From the NCBI GenBank assembly GCA_020743075.1, contig DYVS01000149.1, positions 8,159-72,158 of the forward strand: a stretch of 64,000 nucleotides of DNA, in the 5' to 3' direction. The notes under the pieces were generated by a model, which saw only the letters and a program-made list of their open reading frames with translations, had not been told where the DNA came from and ran no database searches. The DNA is from Butyricimonas virosa (lineage in GTDB: Bacteria; Bacteroidota; Bacteroidia; Bacteroidales; Marinifilaceae). Both the position numbers and the translations under genes were made by a program. How positions within the stretch are numbered: position 1 is the first letter of the stretch; every line of letters begins with the position of its first letter. Positions 63,895 to 64,000 of this stretch are shown here, in pieces.

Positions 63895-64000
63895 TTGAAT
63901 CCAGCTTTTTTTAGTACTCGTTCGATCATATCATTGACTTCTTTTTGCAAGTATTTTCCTGATCTTGATAAAACGTTAAATCCCTTGCTCTCCACTGGTC
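63891..64000 (-). CDS. partial CDS (C-terminus only), head-tail joining region
   Basis: Frame open to the window edge (...PVESKGFNVLSRSGKYLQKEVNDMIERVLKKAGFK*); its TGA overlaps the next ATG. Confidence 0.4.
   Translation of the reverse strand, partial: PVESKGFNVLSRSGKYLQKEVNDMIERVLKKAGFK

Larger units (their letters stand above)
10637..64000. mobile_element. integrated siphovirus-like prophage (left end at tRNA-Pro; right end beyond the window)
   Basis: Integrase next to a tRNA 3' end, then repressor/Cro switch, recombination, replication, packaging, tail and lysis modules with tight gene packing. Confidence 0.85.

Overview
The window has two parts. (1) Positions 1-10.6 kb are ordinary Bacteroidota-type chromosome. 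Genes are a hypothetical protein, yidC, pyrG, a DUF349 protein, an LpxL/HtrB-like acyltransferase, a GT2 glycosyltransferase, an ECF sigma / membrane anti-sigma / Spy-like periplasmic protein operon, tRNA-Ser(GCT) and tRNA-Pro(TGG). TAnnTTTG -7 promoter boxes fit this phylum. (2) From the 3' end of tRNA-Pro (about 10.64 kb) to the window end lies more than 53 kb of a siphovirus-like prophage, which continues beyond 64 kb. Its layout is: tyrosine integrase; a minus-strand cargo/immunity block (Panacea-domain antitoxin plus unknown partner, lipoprotein, membrane protein, CI-like repressor); a long plus-strand early operon (Cro/Xis-like HTH proteins, SSAP, YqaJ exonuclease, SSB, RusA, KilA-N, C5 cytosine methyltransferase, replisome organiser, AEP primase-helicase fusion, PAPS-reductase-like protein, MazG-like protein, many small unknown ORFs); and a convergent minus-strand late operon (tail tube, chaperone with -1 frameshift, tape measure, terS, terL, portal, MuF-like, Dit, a 2143-aa Tal-like protein, holin, endolysin, tail fibre, spanin, unknowns). 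The observations most worth a second look: (a) The M15 peptidase endolysin carries a class-1 intein with a LAGLIDADG endonuclease, inserted exactly in its zinc-ligand motif and interrupted by a single in-frame TAA. (b) Two paralogous structured leaders of about 200 nt follow consensus promoters. Each has a three-partner alternative helix that covaries between copies and overlaps the start codon of paralogous small genes. (c) A candidate ncRNA of about 400 nt has its own promoter, its own terminator and nested or pseudoknotted helices. (d) tRNA-like acceptor/T-arm modules sit in two unusually long early intergenic spacers. (e) A Panacea-antitoxin pair has an unrecognised toxin. (f) The packaging module (terS-terL-portal-MuF) is nested between the tape measure and Dit genes. 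No CRISPR array, rRNA, reverse transcriptase/DGR or transposase was seen. All domain calls rest on motif recognition by eye; no database search was run.
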